A DNA stretch of 64,000 nt, taken from assembly GCA_051294905.1 (NCBI GenBank), contig CM119371.1:25978001-26042000 (forward strand), written 5' to 3'. Shown here piece after piece: positions 1-13,488 of this stretch. The notes under the pieces are model-generated. The model ran no database searches and had not been told where the DNA came from. It saw only the letters and a list, made by a program, of their open reading frames with translations. Source of the stretch: Botryllus schlosseri (lineage: Eukaryota). Within the stretch, counting starts at the first letter, position 1, and each line of letters begins with the position of its first letter. A program made the translations under genes and the position numbers.

Positions 1-1439
1 TTATCAAGAATTACCGGCACCATAAAAAGGATAAAGAGTTTGTATACTATCTTTAAATATTCCATCAATATATTTCGATGATTGTCTGTGTAACGTCTTC
101 TGAGTATTGTATAATTTGATTATCTATTATCCCTTTATTATGACTACCGGAGTACCGGTACAGCTGACTTTGAACAGCTACCGTTCCTTTTTATTATTGC
201 ATTGTTACGTCAAATCTTGCCTATTTGGATTTCGTTTGAATCTCTCTCTCTATGCGTCTTATTGTGCCGTTAGCTACCACTTGTTGATAAGGGGCATACG
301 AAATTCCTGCAAGTTAATAAATTATACTGCAGTGAATGTAGTTTTGAAAGCAATATTAGAGATACCTCAATAAGCGATGTTTGGCCACGTATATTTCAAA
401 CGCAAGAACAACAAAACAGCACCACTACAAATTGAGCAGCATTCCAAGCATTATTGGTTCTCCTGAGATATTCTGTGTCTTGGCCAAACCAGTTGTTTGC
501 AAGTATCACAGGCAAAACGGGTATGCTTTGCCCATCTGTCGCATCATCTTGGTTTGATACCAATCACGCCAGGTATAAAATCCCTATTATCGCCAATTGG
601 AATTTTTCAAAATGCCCTACATTTATGTTCGAGGTAGCCTATTGCTAAAATTGTCATAAGCAATTCTATCACGGTCATAAACTCTACAATTTTTGTCGGA
701 TTGACTTGAATTTAGTACGAATGGACTCGGAATTTAATGCTGCGTATTCACTATTCACAATTCACATACCGAATATGCCAGGTATAAGCCCCTGGGACAG
801 CTCTTTATACACACGTATGCCGGACCGTAACTGCCGTACCCCAAACCCCCATAATTGGGGGGGGGGGGTGAGCTCGAAGGGGGCCAAAACGATTCGCGAA
901 TTACCATAAATTATAGAGTATTGTTTGGAAATTTATGCCACTTTTTAGAAAAATTATATCATTTTCCGAAACGCCTCACTCAACTCGACCGAAAAATCTG
1001 AATGCATGAGCAGAGATAGCATAAAAGATTTACAGCTAAATATATGCAATTCCCGATCATGTTGACCGATTCAATCATGGATTACGGAATATTTTCGCGC
1101 TTAGCGCGGTTTATTCGAAACAAGACGGCTAACTGAACGGTAAAATAAATTCGCTGAGAAGTAGCGGTAAAAAGGTATCGGACGGGGGGGGGGGGGGGGG
1201 GGGTCTGGGGGTAAAGCCCTCCAGAAGTTAGGTTTATCGCCCTGTGGGGCCCAAGACCAACGTTTTGTTACTGAAGGGGGGGGTGACGAAGTGCTGTTAC
1301 GGTCCTGCACGTAGGCACATTGCACAGGTTTCCGGCGCGATATACGCTTAGTGTTGGTAATTGATTTTGATTTGGAAAATGACAATCGTAGGCACATGTG
1401 CTAATCACAGAAACAATCTATAGTTGTCTATTATAAGTA

Positions 1440-1952
1440 GAACTCAAGATTTGGACTGCATTACTGAACAGTTGCTTAAATTGCAAAGCCGACAGATGTG
1501 GAAAGACAGGTTTAAGAAAGCTTCCTTGACTCAATTTTAGCCAAATGTGCAGTCGATGGAGCATAGTCATTCAGATCTTTGTAAGCAAGCTGCAACAGCT
1601 CTTTTGCTATTTCCGACCACATCACCTACCTGTGTGAATCTGGCTTTTCAACTCTGACGATGAGCAAAAGAAGTATAGAAATAGACTTAATCGGAAGATG
1701 ACATCAGATGTAGGCCTACATTGACAACCATAATTCCGGAATTAAATAAACTTGCCAAGCAACATCAAGGACAAGGCTCCCATTGAGTGTGGGTTAAGTG
1801 AAAAACAGTGCTTGCTTTTTTTGTTGATACCGTATTACACTCTCTCGGATAGAAATCAAAAAAAATATTTTTCGGTAATATATGGCTTGAGTCCGCGGAG
1901 ATACTGGCGAGCTTGAGATGAGTCCGCGGGTCAAAAAGGTTGAGAACCACTG
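1440..1952 (+). mobile_element. 3' remnant of a Charlie/Buster-type hAT transposon: decayed transposase C-terminus plus right TIR
   Basis: Frameshifted translation reads ...HSDLCKQAATALLLFPTT/YLCESGFSTLTM...YRNRLN/EDDIRC...LNKLAKQHQGQGSH*, matching the hAT dimerisation motif (T-Y-L-C-E-S-G-F-S). It ends in GGTTGAGAACCACTG at 1952. Confidence 0.8.
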
Positions 1953-2080
1953 CGGCCTAATGCATTGAGATCTTGGTAAATTTGGGGTACCGGGCTTATT
2001 GAACGCCTTGAAATCTCAATGGAGGATTGCACCGTGTGTTGATTGATCAGAGAGAAGCAGACATGGTGGTACCTGTATGA

Positions 2081-2758
2081 CAGGGGTGGCCAACCTGCGG
2101 CTGTAGAAGCAAATTTGTGCGGCCGTGGACACGTAATTCAATTAGTAGGTGTTGGCGGCCGTCGACGTATAATTTGAATTTACGAATTGACTCCCGATTT
2201 CTCGAAAGATTTTAATTATTCTTGAAAGTTTCTCGTGCAGTGCGCGATTCAATGCGACTTTATTTTTCGATTTTGATATAGTTGCGCACTTTGCAATCAG
2301 CGCCCCACAGTACAGTTGCGAACAGATGCACCACATATAGAAATACCAACTTGGAATCGTGTTCTCCTCACTATATCGACAATCCTGACGGGAGGTCAAG
2401 ACATGCAAAGAACAGCATGCAACAAAGTGACTAATAATAATTGGCCTGCCCTGACCGACTCTCCACCAACTCTACCGGTGAATCTGATCACATGGGATGA
2501 GAAATAATATGTAGAACTACTAATTTTAATGACGAAATTCATGAATGTATCTGAAAAAATTTTCGCGCTTGGCGCAACTATGAACAGCCTACATTATTTA
2601 ATAGATTAGTACGGAGTTCGCCGGAAATGGACATAGACACTTTAACATGAGTATTTGGCGTCCTGCTAGTTCATTACGACTATTCCCTGGAATGCGGCCG
2701 TAGGCTACATGAGTAGTCGAAATGCGGCCGTGACTGGCAAAAAGATTGGCCACCCCTG
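2081..2758 (+). mobile_element. hAT MITE (CAGGGGTGGCCAA termini)
   Basis: TIRs CAGGGGTGGCCAA / TTGGCCACCCCTG; 8-bp TSD CTGTATGA/CTGTGTGA. A second copy lies inverted at 41361-42004. Confidence 0.9.
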
Positions 2759-2984
2759 CTGTGTGACAGTGCTGTTCTCAAATCCACATTGTCTTCGTCA
2801 TTATTGACGAGAAATGGCTTTGAAGTTGCATTGCTGTCGTTAAAATACATTCATTTAATACGATTTATTTTTTGTATACGTGGATAAATGGGCGAATAAT
2901 GTATCGATTCAGCAATCCGGCCCGCCAAGTACTTAATTTTCCTATATCCGGCCCGCCTACTTGGAGAAGTTGCCCGCCCCTGGT

Positions 2985-4642
2985 TTAAAGGGTCAAGTCC
3001 GAGTCATAGTGTTATGACTCGAGTCGAGTCCAAGTCACAGTTTTGAAGTCATGTTCAGCTCATGTTTTCAATCCTGCTTGGGTAATATCGAATTCCTAGC
3101 TTGCCAAACATGCTCATTTTGTCCCTATCAGAGTTTTGGCTACTTCTTAAAATTGTTAGATTGCCTAAAAAAATCAAATTTGGCTCAATTCCAACCAGTA
3201 AAAAGCAATGCTATGAAAGAAAATTTTAGATTAATTACAAATAGAGATTTTCGAATCTTACCGGCTATCTCATGATATTGTTACATGGTGTAAAAATATG
3301 ATTCATAGCAAATTCCAACTAGAAGAAATGAAGTTATTAGAGTATAATATTTTGGATATGAAAAAATAGTCGGCTTACTACTAGTATGTAATTATATTAT
3401 ATGAAAGAATTTCTCACAAAATACTTCATTTATTTTCAAATCCAAAATTTTCTCCTATCATATCATTGACTCTACTTTTTAAAATTGAGCCAGATTAAAT
3501 GTTCTTTTTATGCAACGTAACAATTTCATCAAGTAGCCACCGAGTAAAATAAAAAAGAAGTAACTTTTGAACAATGCTATTCTACAAACATCACACAGCA
3601 TTAGCCATTCATTATTACTCACGTGCACAATGCACATACCTAACAAAACCTCAAATTGACAGAGGGTACTGTGTGTTTTTACAGACAGCAGGTCACATCA
3701 ATGATGATGAGTTACACTTTAAAAATACCAAAGTGGAAAGGAGATCCTCAGAAATATTAAAGCGGCATGGCATAAGAATAAATCCACCTCTACTGAATAC
3801 ACGTTCCACTGGTGCACTAGATGCAGGAATTGATAAGCATTTTTGAACCACACTGAAGAGCATAGGATACTCATTCTTTCGAGTCGCCAAAAAATGCAAA
3901 GAATCATCGCTTTCAAATCTACACATGAGCTTCTCAGTCTCTTATCAGATCCATATGCTAATGGAAAGCAAATTTCGGATCGAACACGCATGATGTGAAG
4001 AAGATGGTTTCACCAAACGGTTTGGGATTACCGATAGGCCAATCCAAAGACTCATCAGTTGTGGTCATGTTCACATTTATAAACACTCCTGCAAAACGCT
4101 TTAAAATAGAATTCTTCAATGCTTCAACTAATGCGCGCAAGTAATTGACAGTGAGGATGTGCCTAATCGCATGGTTGTTGAGTGAGAGCAGGGTTGGTAC
4201 GACCCTGATTGGCATTGGGACGCAACAATGCTGTCTGGCGAAACGAGAGAGTAGCTCAGGAGCAAAAGTGCCTGGCAGCATTGTTGCGTCCCAATGCCAA
4301 TCTCCATAACAATGAAAAATTCGAGGCCGATTGTGGGGGTTCTAGGGCCACGAGCGGAATAACATTTATATTTTCGAAAGCAGTGGTGACAAATAGCGAT
4401 GTCGGCAGAATTCGTCAGATGTGTTGAACTAGCCATTACGATTCGCAAATTTATTCATCTTCAAGTCATATAAAATAAGCCGAGTCATTGACTTGGGTCG
4501 AGTCATGCGTAATGACTCGAGTACAAGTCAAGTCAATCCAAATATTGACTCGAGTCAAGTCGAGTCATCTTCCCATTTCAAGAAAATGACTCGAGTCAAG
4601 TCGAGTCACAAAAAAAACGTGACTCGAGTCATTACAACCCTG
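2985..4642 (-). mobile_element. Defective Ac-like hAT element with frameshifted transposase remnant (about 3693-4440)
   Basis: Minus-strand frames give ...LKNSILKRFAG...CVFDPKF... and YPMLFSVVQKCLSIPASSAPVERVFSRGG (hAT C-terminal dimerisation motif). Both ends carry GACTCGAGTC(AAGTC) subterminal repeats. The right end is ATTACAACCCTG; the left end is degenerate. Confidence 0.8.
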
Positions 4643-6270
4643 CACCAAATATATTATGCTGAACGTACATGTACCGGGATTCAGTGATTGGTATAATGAC
4701 TTGGTGCAAGTAAATTGGTGTAATCTGATGCATCAATCCTGGCATTGAGTCCTTAGCCTGGAAGTTTCATAAGTTCGCACAATAGTAGGCTGCCTATTTC
4801 AAAACACTTTGCTCAGTCAAATAAAGATGCAATAGTGTAGTATAGCTAGCAGGTATGAATGAATCTTGACTGACACAAGAGACACACAATATGTCCATAC
4901 ACCGTGGGTCTGATACAAGCGAAGTTTACTAATACACTGCAGTTGACTGTGTCACCTTAAAATGGACTTGGGATCATTATCCCAATATATACCTCAACAT
5001 GTGCCATATTATTGCCAGCTATCGTTACGCAATGTATGTCATGACGTCATTCTATCGTCTTTGTCGAGTACTTAACGCGAGAACTGAGAAATAGTCGCAG
5101 ACTCATTTATAACCGCTACATCTTATTCTCTCTAAATATACTTCGTGTTCGAGTGAACATCTGTGGATTGAAGAACTCGCGAACCTCCGTACAGGACTTC
5201 CAGTATATGTAGCCAGCAAAGCTAACCTAATATATAGGCTATCGGTCAGCTACTTTGTTACTACAGGAATGCCGCCAAGTCCCTCTACTCTTGCAACAAG
5301 AACACGTTAAAGGTGAGTTGCGATGCGAATAAACTTGAATATTGTTCTCCGAATTATGTTAATAATCTAAAATCATTGCAGTGTCATTTTTTCAACTCTA
5401 ATTTTAATTTACCGGTGATAAATTTATTCAACTAAAAAGATACTGCAACGCAAGTAGTCATGAAAGCAAAGGACTACATTATAGTCTAGTAATGTTGTGT
5501 ATTTTCACCCGGGTCACAGACCAAGATTCATAAGAGATTACCAAAGGTGTCAGACACAGACAGCAGCTACGTCTTACCTGGCCAAGTTTAAAACCCAACC
5601 AGATGTTTGTTCTCCGTTGTCTGGTCAATGGTGTTTGTGGTCACTCACATCACATAAGAAAAATTCGTTTATCTTGTTATCGCATGTGATACCTTTGTTT
5701 ATATATATATAATATTGGTGTCGTCAAGTATTACATCATTTTAGTCCAGTGCAATCTAAAATCCCAAGTCCGAAATGGGTGAATGATTCATGTATTATAC
5801 TTTCTACTCCTTAGTCCTTACCATCTTCTCAAAGTATCCTCAGTAGATAAAACAGATGATAAATACGGGTTTTAATATGATTATGGTATTTATTGGTATA
5901 TAAATGATACATGCAATTTCCATATCATTATTCAATGTCCAGATCTTGGTTGGAATTACAATTTCCGATTATAACTATTCGGATTCATTCTGACAGAGTC
6001 TCGGCGTAGAGAAGAATATGATTGTTCGCTCGCCGCTTAGCAAGCTTGGAAATAACCCGGCGGCCGTGGAGCAAAATTCAAATTTTTTCAGCCTCACACA
6101 TCAAAATTCAGTGCATTTATTATGATAGTACACTACGATTTTATGGATTACTATGGAATAGAGAAGGTACGCTATGTAGTTCTATGAAACATGATTCATT
6201 ACAAATTAAGAAATCATGAACTCAGTGAGGGGTGAGGTTGAAGTTTTTCATGAATTTCTCATCTATACAG

Positions 6271-7236
6271 CAGTGTTGGGATCAAGTCACTACCTTCGAG
6301 TCACGAGTTATTTCGAGTCATCGCACATTTTGACTCGAGTCAAGTCAAGTCAATCGATTTTCGAAGGTGACTCGAGTCAAGTCAAGTTAGTCGATTTTTG
6401 GAGGTGACTCGAGTCAAGTCGAGTCAAGTCAAGTCAAGTCACGAGTCAAGTCACAATTCAAGTCAAATTGCCTTTTCGAGGTATGAGGAGTAATTACGTC
6501 ATTGTATTTTGATCGCTGTCTGAAATACAGATTGAGTGGTCATTGATTTTGAACTGATGAACGAATATAGAGTTCAATATACACGCAAGTAAGGCGCTGT
6601 ATCGCTCACATTTAAGTAGAACTAATAAACCCAGTAAGTAATTGCACAGCCTCAGTTTTTAGTTACCAGCCTAAATAGAGAATAGAGAAACGAATTGATA
6701 AGATGCAATACATTACCCTTTTTCAAAATTTATATGATACAACTCGAGTCATCGCCAATGATTGAGGACTATATAAACTATTTTCGGATTCAATTTCAAA
6801 ACAAGAGGTTTGGTTAAGTTAAGAACACAGAACAGAAATAGACATTTCGCTATTAAATTACTTTACTATACTATAGTTTACGACAAAGTAGGCTGTAAGC
6901 TTCGATCACTTCGTTTGCGATTTGTGAGAGAACAATCGAGGCTCATTAAAACGCACGATCATTTAATGATTGGTCGCTCTCACGGGTTACACCAGCGTTG
7001 CGCGAACAATCCGAACTTATGCAAGATACAGTGACTTTTATCGACACTAATTACTTAATGACTTGAATTGACTCGTGAATTTTGCTCCGAGTCACGAGTC
7101 AATCCACATTTCTGATACGCCGAGTCAAGTCAAGACAAGTCATTTTAGCAGAGTGACTCGAGTCAAGTCAAGTCATACGAAAAAGTGACTCGAGTCTGAC
7201 TCGAGTCAAGTCATGACTCGAGTCATCCCAACACTG
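6271..7236. mobile_element. hAT MITE with GACTCGAGTC/AAGTC subterminal arrays
   Basis: 12-bp TIR CAGTGTTGGGAT / ATCCCAACACTG; perfect TSD CTATACAG (6263-6270, 7237-7244). Confidence 0.95.
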
Positions 7237-8701
7237 CTATACAGTAGTCTATTTTCAATTCAGGACTCCCTTCTTCTACCCTGCTGTCACTCGCACACTG
7301 TAATCTATCAGAATCATTCGTTATTCTGCCGTGTCTTACACTTTACTGCTGCATACTGCTTAGTTTATAATCAAGCTACACAACCTCAGCTTTCACTTTT
7401 GTAGTTTACTACGAAACAAGGATAATAATAATAATAACTATCATTCATGCATGCAGCATGTGCCATCGCTGTAGCGAGTCTCTTACTACTTACCCTGTCT
7501 CGTATACTACATTTTTAATGAACAGGATCCATATGCATTATGCGCTCCGTCGTATCTCATTCAAACACAGTTGATTCGCTCTTTCAATATATCTTTTATC
7601 AACTATGGCGGAGCGATTATTCCATTATTCGAGGAAGCACGTTTTTGATACATAACATATGAAACAGTCTGTGATAATTAAATATCCATGGTAACAGTCT
7701 GAAGCACGAATGCAAAATTTGCTGTACCGTGAGGCCTTTTTCTTAATTTTTCGTTTTTTGTAATCCTGCATACAACTTGCATCATTAGCTTGATTAAAAT
7801 GAGACAGACGACGTGCAATGTGAGTGAGACACAACCACAATTTGATGTGGAACAGTATCCCGCCGGCCATCCGACAGTCGACGAGCCTGTCCACATTCAA
7901 GTCAAAATACAAGCAATTACTACTAAATAAATACTAGTCCGCCCTCAAGATTACCCGACCACGACCTGACCTATCGATCTCACGTTTCATGACCTGCCAC
8001 TCCATTTTTTTCGCTTGCTTTTTCTATTCTATCTTCTTTTACTTTTCATTCAGTGTGTATGCCTCCTCTTTAGATCGCCTAGGCCAAGGCAGGTGTCTGA
8101 TTCGAAAGACTACTCCAAGTCCGAACTGAACTGAATAAAGAAGTAGGACTAGCCTTTACGTCGTGGGCATAATATCTTTCCATCTGCTTTACACGACCAC
8201 GCGTCTCGGATGTGGTCATATAGAATATGTCATTGTCTGTTTCAGTATTTGTGCCAACTGGTATCGGACAGATATATAATATGTCTATCTGTTCAAGGCA
8301 CACACTGCAAAATACGATAGCAAGTCGCGAGCGATGTAGTCAACAGTAGTCAACAATAGGGGTATGTCGAATCGACCAATTACGGTCTCTCTATCTGACA
8401 TCCACATCGGCTTAGTAGGTTTGCCCAATGTAACTTGATTTTGACCTTGTCGTTCTTTAGAGAGAGAGAGAGAGAGAGAGATATGATATTCTTTCTCGCC
8501 TGCACCATCGAGATGCTTTGGCGACGGAGTTGCGATACGGCCCCATGAGGTCATCTAGTCTGCGCCCCCGTTTTAGGCCGATTTCTTTGCTGTTTTCGTT
8601 CGATTCACTGTATTTGCCCTTCATCGGCCATTCTATGCGCTATGGTGACACAGTAGGCTAGCAAACGAGCGATACAGGTGAGGACTGAGGAGCACTTAGA
8701 A

Positions 8702-9236
8702 CAGTGGTTCCCAATCGATGGGGAATTCAATGGTTTCTTGTGGGGAATAGACGCATTTGCTGAACATTATATACAGGACAGTCTATATATTTACGGAGAC
8801 ACATGCGCAATTACCGTTACCAGTTAACTGCTCAGTGCTCAGGAATGTATGTATCGAAAATTATAAAACGCATTTTTAATTCTCGGTAACCGATGATGGC
8901 GTCACAGACGCATCCAGCACGACCAGAATGACGTAAAATAACCCGTTCGTTAAATTTAGACGGTTACCGGTATCGGTTCATAATACGTTTTATGTTGCAT
9001 CAGTTACAGGCGATTGTCTTGCGTACTGGGGTGGTTGTGTGTCTTGTGTACTCAAACAAGCAAATAGCTGCTCCGTAATGACAAAAGTTTTGGGTATAGA
9101 GAGAGAGAGTCTTTATTTTCATCCAACCAAAATACATAACAAAGGGCAGTGATGGTGGTACAGTGGTATAGTGGGGAATGAAGGCTCGGAATAAATGTGG
9201 AGTGGGGAAGGGAGACAAAAAGGTTGGGAACCACTG
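8702..9236. mobile_element. hAT MITE
   Basis: 13-bp TIR CAGTGGTTCCCAA / TTGGGAACCACTG; TSD ACTTAGAA/TCTTAGAA. Confidence 0.85.
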
Positions 9237-9337
9237 TCTTAGAAACTCGCCAGCCAGAAGTTGCAGTGGAGTAACCAACTACGCAAATATCCCGTACTCT
9301 CCGTAGAGGGAGAAATGTGTCAATGTTGATAAAATAG

Positions 9338-10267
9338 TAGGGATGGTGTGAACCTCTGAAAGGTTCAGGTTCGTGTGAACGCGAACCTTTTTGAAAGGTT
9401 CTGTGTGAACACGAACGTGAACCTCATGACGTCACGTGACATCATATTGCTAATTCTAACCCTATCTTTCAAGGAAGTGATAGCCTAATGTACATGTACG
9501 TACGTACACGATACCTAGCGACGACTCGGGCCACATAATCCCACAATGCGGAAGTACATATGGGCGTTTTTAACGTCGCTGAATGTATCAACTGAGGCAA
9601 TCAAATGATATAATACTTCCATTAAATCAATATGATCCGTCGCTTTGCCAACAACTTCGACGAGGACTCACCAGGGAATATAAGAAACACCGTAACGGTC
9701 TTGGCCAGACTGGACAATGTATTCGGCATCTGAGTATTGCTACATTGATTTTGAGCAGAGTGTAAAACAGGGTTTATATGCTTGCTACCGAAATTATCCC
9801 ATTAATAGGTTATACAGCAGTAGCCAAAACCCCCAATAAACATATGAAGTCAAGATTGATTGGTTGAATAAGCATCATTCGCTGACTACTATAAGTGTAT
9901 TTCGCTTGTTACGTTGTGTGATTGCGAGTTGAGCTCACAGCAGAGAGTCGCTAAATATTCACAATCGGAAAGCTGGATATTTGGAGCAAACTTTTGTAGC
10001 TAACCAAGTAAAATCTTTGAGACTGTCAAGGTGCATATTCGTTTTGTGTTGATTTTTTCTGCTGCCAGCGCCATGCATAGAGGGACCGGCCGCAGTTGAA
10101 ATGCAATAAATTCGTACCAAAGATGTCATAATAAAGTAAAAATTGTAATACATTAAAAAGGTTCACAGTGCAGAACCTATCAAGGTTCTGTTGTGAACGC
10201 GAACCTCTGAATTTCCGAGGTTCACACACAGAACGCGAACGTGAACCTCACGTTCACACCATCCTTA
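9338..10267. mobile_element. hAT MITE with GTGAAC/GTTCAC subterminal repeats
   Basis: TIR TAGGGATGGTGTGAAC / GTTCACACCATCCTTA; perfect TSD TAAAATAG. Confidence 0.95.
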
Positions 10268-11965
10268 TAAAATAGCACTTTCGGCACTGAATAAAGTAGA
10301 ATTCGGCTACTATACTCAATTCTAACCACTGCAACTAATACTGGCCTTGGATTCGAGGATTCAAATCGTTGTGCCAAGCCTAGAAACGATTGCATACCTA
10401 GACTTAGGAATAAACATGCACACTGCATAGTGCACATGCACTGATGCACATACAGTCTTTTCTCGCTCATGAGATCTTTATGCGCAAATATACCTGCCCT
10501 GAACCATAAAGACATGTCATCCTGGTCAAAAGATCAGACATATAGGGAGTGTGCTCTGAAATCGAGAAATTGTTATTCTGGAACGATGTTGGTCTTGCAT
10601 TAGCGGGTAGCAGTTGCATTTACTCGTACATACGCAATTACGCATACATTCACTGCAACACACGCGTCGAATCTACAATGTTTCTCGCGGCACAGTATAG
10701 TTGTTGTTTGTGGTATTCATGGTGTTTTTCGACTAACCTACTATAGTCATTTACACCAGATCAATTGTCTTCATTTTTTATTCAGTAGCTGCCGGCTTGT
10801 AGCACGGCCCACTTCTAGGCTTTTATAAAACACCGCTTACATGGACGAAATGGCGAGCAGGAGCCTAGATAAACCTCCAACACTTAGGTAGGAATTCTGG
10901 AGTCGACCTCGGTCGGACTTGTACCCGCAGCCCATTGGTGTTGCAGCTGTGGGTTATACCCAGGGTTGCCATACCGTCCTTATTTCTAAGATTTGTCCTT
11001 ATTTTGGAGGGCCATGTCTTAGAAAACTCGACTGTCCTTATTTCTAAGAAATGTCCTTATTTTCGACTTGTGTCCTTATTTTGTCTTATTTTAAACTTCT
11101 ACAGAACTTCGACCGTTTTCCGCTGGTATCTGTGTTGCATAATATTCTCAAATTATGCTTTTGCGTCGAGATTTTATGACATCATAAATGAAAGGAACTC
11201 TCCTGACGTACACACCGCAAGATTTGTTTTCTAAGTGGTGAGATGGTTAGGGCAGTGAGTGATAGCAGTTTCGTCTGTACCAAGCTACCGCAGCGGACGT
11301 CAATTTAGCAGTAAACAGCAGTACCAGGTTCCTGCTGCTTGGTCTACAGCAGAATAAGCTCAAGCTGTGGGGAAGGCAGCATTATTGCGCAGTGAAAAAT
11401 GCGCAGTGCAGTCGACACATCGTTTAAAAAGTAGTAATGCTATAATTCATTGATAAATTTATCTAAATTATATTGCACCTGCACATATAGTTTTAGCTAC
11501 TAATAAAGCTAAATCTGATTAGTTAAAATGAGCAGGCGTAAAAACATTTTTCGTGACGATTATGAGAGAGAATTCAAAGGTATATAACGAATATTGAAGG
11601 GCGAGTGTTTCGCACATTGCAATATCTGCAAAACTGTAATTGTGACATTAACGTGGAGGCCATAGGAAAGACCGCTATTTCAACTCACATTGATACCCCA
11701 AAACATAAAAAGTGTGTCATAATGATTATTTTAAGCCAGTCGATGAATAATTACTACAAGGCAGCTGCTGCTGAGGGTACCTGGGCATTCCATACTGCCA
11801 AACACCAGCAATCCTTCCTCACCAACGATTGCACATCGCAATTGTTCAAAGCAATATTCCCTGATTCCAACACCGCAAATAAGTTTTCTTCGGCCAGGAC
11901 CAAGACTACCAGCATTGTTACGGGAGTTCTCGGTCCATACGCTCAAGAAATGATTTTGTCTAAAC

Positions 11966-13488
11966 TAGGGTTGCCATACGTCCGGAATTTCCCGGACATG
12001 TCCGGAATTTCACTGTTAAAACTGCGTCCGGGAGGAATTTCTAAAATATGCCTAAATGTCCGGAATTTTGAAGGCTTGAACTAAGCTCATATTTTGTTTT
12101 GTAAATCAATCTAAACAAGACTATTTTTGGGCAGATTTTTGCTACAAGAAATTTTTGTTCGCGCTGCGCACGATTTAGTATAATATATTTTGGTTTTAAC
12201 ATGTGGACTACCGCCCTTGCTAAAACCGCGATCAAAAAATAAATAAAAAATAACATTCATTTACAAAAAGAAGTCTAATTGTAATCGCAATTACAAGATA
12301 ACGGTATTCACAGAGTCGTCGTTTTAGGTCGTTTGGATGCTTTATTCAAATATGGTGGTACTAAACCAGGGGGTAGTTTGGCTCTATTCTGGGGTTCGCG
12401 AAGATGTTGAACGTAATTAGCTTCCAAAATAGGCTGTGAGTAAGTCTGGGCAAATGTGCCGACCTTTAATTAGTAATCAGCTCATCAAATTTTGAGCTGG
12501 ACCACGGCACATTTTCAAATTGGAAATGGATTCGCCATCATAAAAGGTCGGAAACCACCGGATGTGCGGTGTTTATATCGCTCAGTGGTGAAGTACATAC
12601 CGCATTAGGCTGATAAATAATCTCATCACTGCGACATGAACATGACTTAACGATGTACAATTACGGCCCTTGCATTTTCGAAGTCATCATCCTACACCAG
12701 CTTTATACTACCGCTGACTCTGATTATGTGGGCGGAGAGAGGATTAAAATTATACAGTAATATATGGAAGAACCTAAATTTTTGACACAATTCATTCAAA
12801 TCATTTAACGACCAGATGCATATAGTAAACCCCCAGAAGTCGCTTCGAATACCCTACGATGGGCCCAAGATCAATGTTTATTTGGGCGGTACGGGGCTGA
12901 AAATATGTGGGTTCGGCCCAGGTTACAACATACAATACACGGTTCCATACTATTACCGAGAATGCTATTATCGAGATGGACATTACCGACAATGCTATTA
13001 CCGTGAATGGACATTACCGAGAACGGACATTACCGAGAACGGACATTACCGAGAATGGACATTACCGAGAATGGCCAATGCCAAGAATCTTGCTTACTGT
13101 AACTGACGTTGTCGGGAAATTTATACCTGAGAATCGATACCGAATGTGACAACGCCGTGATGCACACACACGACCTGCTCATATGCATAACATGCCTGTA
13201 TTGAATATATTGCATTCTCGGTAATGTCCATTCTCGGTATTGTCCATTCTCGGTAATGTCCATTGTCGGTATTGTCCTTCTCGGTAATAGCATTTTCGGT
13301 ATTGATCGGCCACCACAATACACAACCACATACTCCTGAACCGGATCGCGACCCCCTCTAGTCGATAGACAAAGCATTGCTGGTGTGACGTCATATTGAT
13401 CGACAATGAGCTCACACCTCATTTTGAAATCCGCTAGTCGGCGCTGAAGAGCGTCCGGAATTAGTGAAACAAAAATATGGTAACCCTA
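11966..13488 (+). mobile_element. hAT MITE (TCCGGA subterminal repeats) nested in the transposase remnant
   Basis: TIR TAGGGTTGCCATA / TATGGTAACCCTA; perfect TSD GTCTAAAC. The empty site is visible in the 57382-59252 copy, and a sister copy lies at 20885-21998. Confidence 0.93.
12941..13314. mobile_element. GG-terminated MITE with long inverted arms built of ~15-bp GACATTACCGAGAAT units (Merlin- or MULE-like)
   Basis: 9-bp TSD ACAATACAC on both sides; arms are inverted tandem arrays. It is absent from the sister MITE at 20885-21998 (empty site near 21035-21055). The superfamily is inferred only from termini and TSD length. Confidence 0.8.

Noticed and set aside
332-648. Long frame with one TGA (432-434)
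   Set aside because: No recognisable homology and no SECIS evidence; compatible with chance.
5267-5312. 46-nt exon-like segment (TACTACAG|...|GTGAGT)
   Set aside because: Good splice sites, but no consistent partner exons or recognisable product.
11605-12084. 159-aa ORF as an intact transposase or host gene
   Set aside because: It is a chimera of a frameshifted hAT remnant and the MITE inserted at 11966.
12941-13314. CRISPR-like regular repeat array
   Set aside because: The units abut without unique spacers, form two inverted arms and are flanked by a 9-bp TSD in a eukaryotic context. It is a MITE, and the ORFs across it are repeat artefacts.
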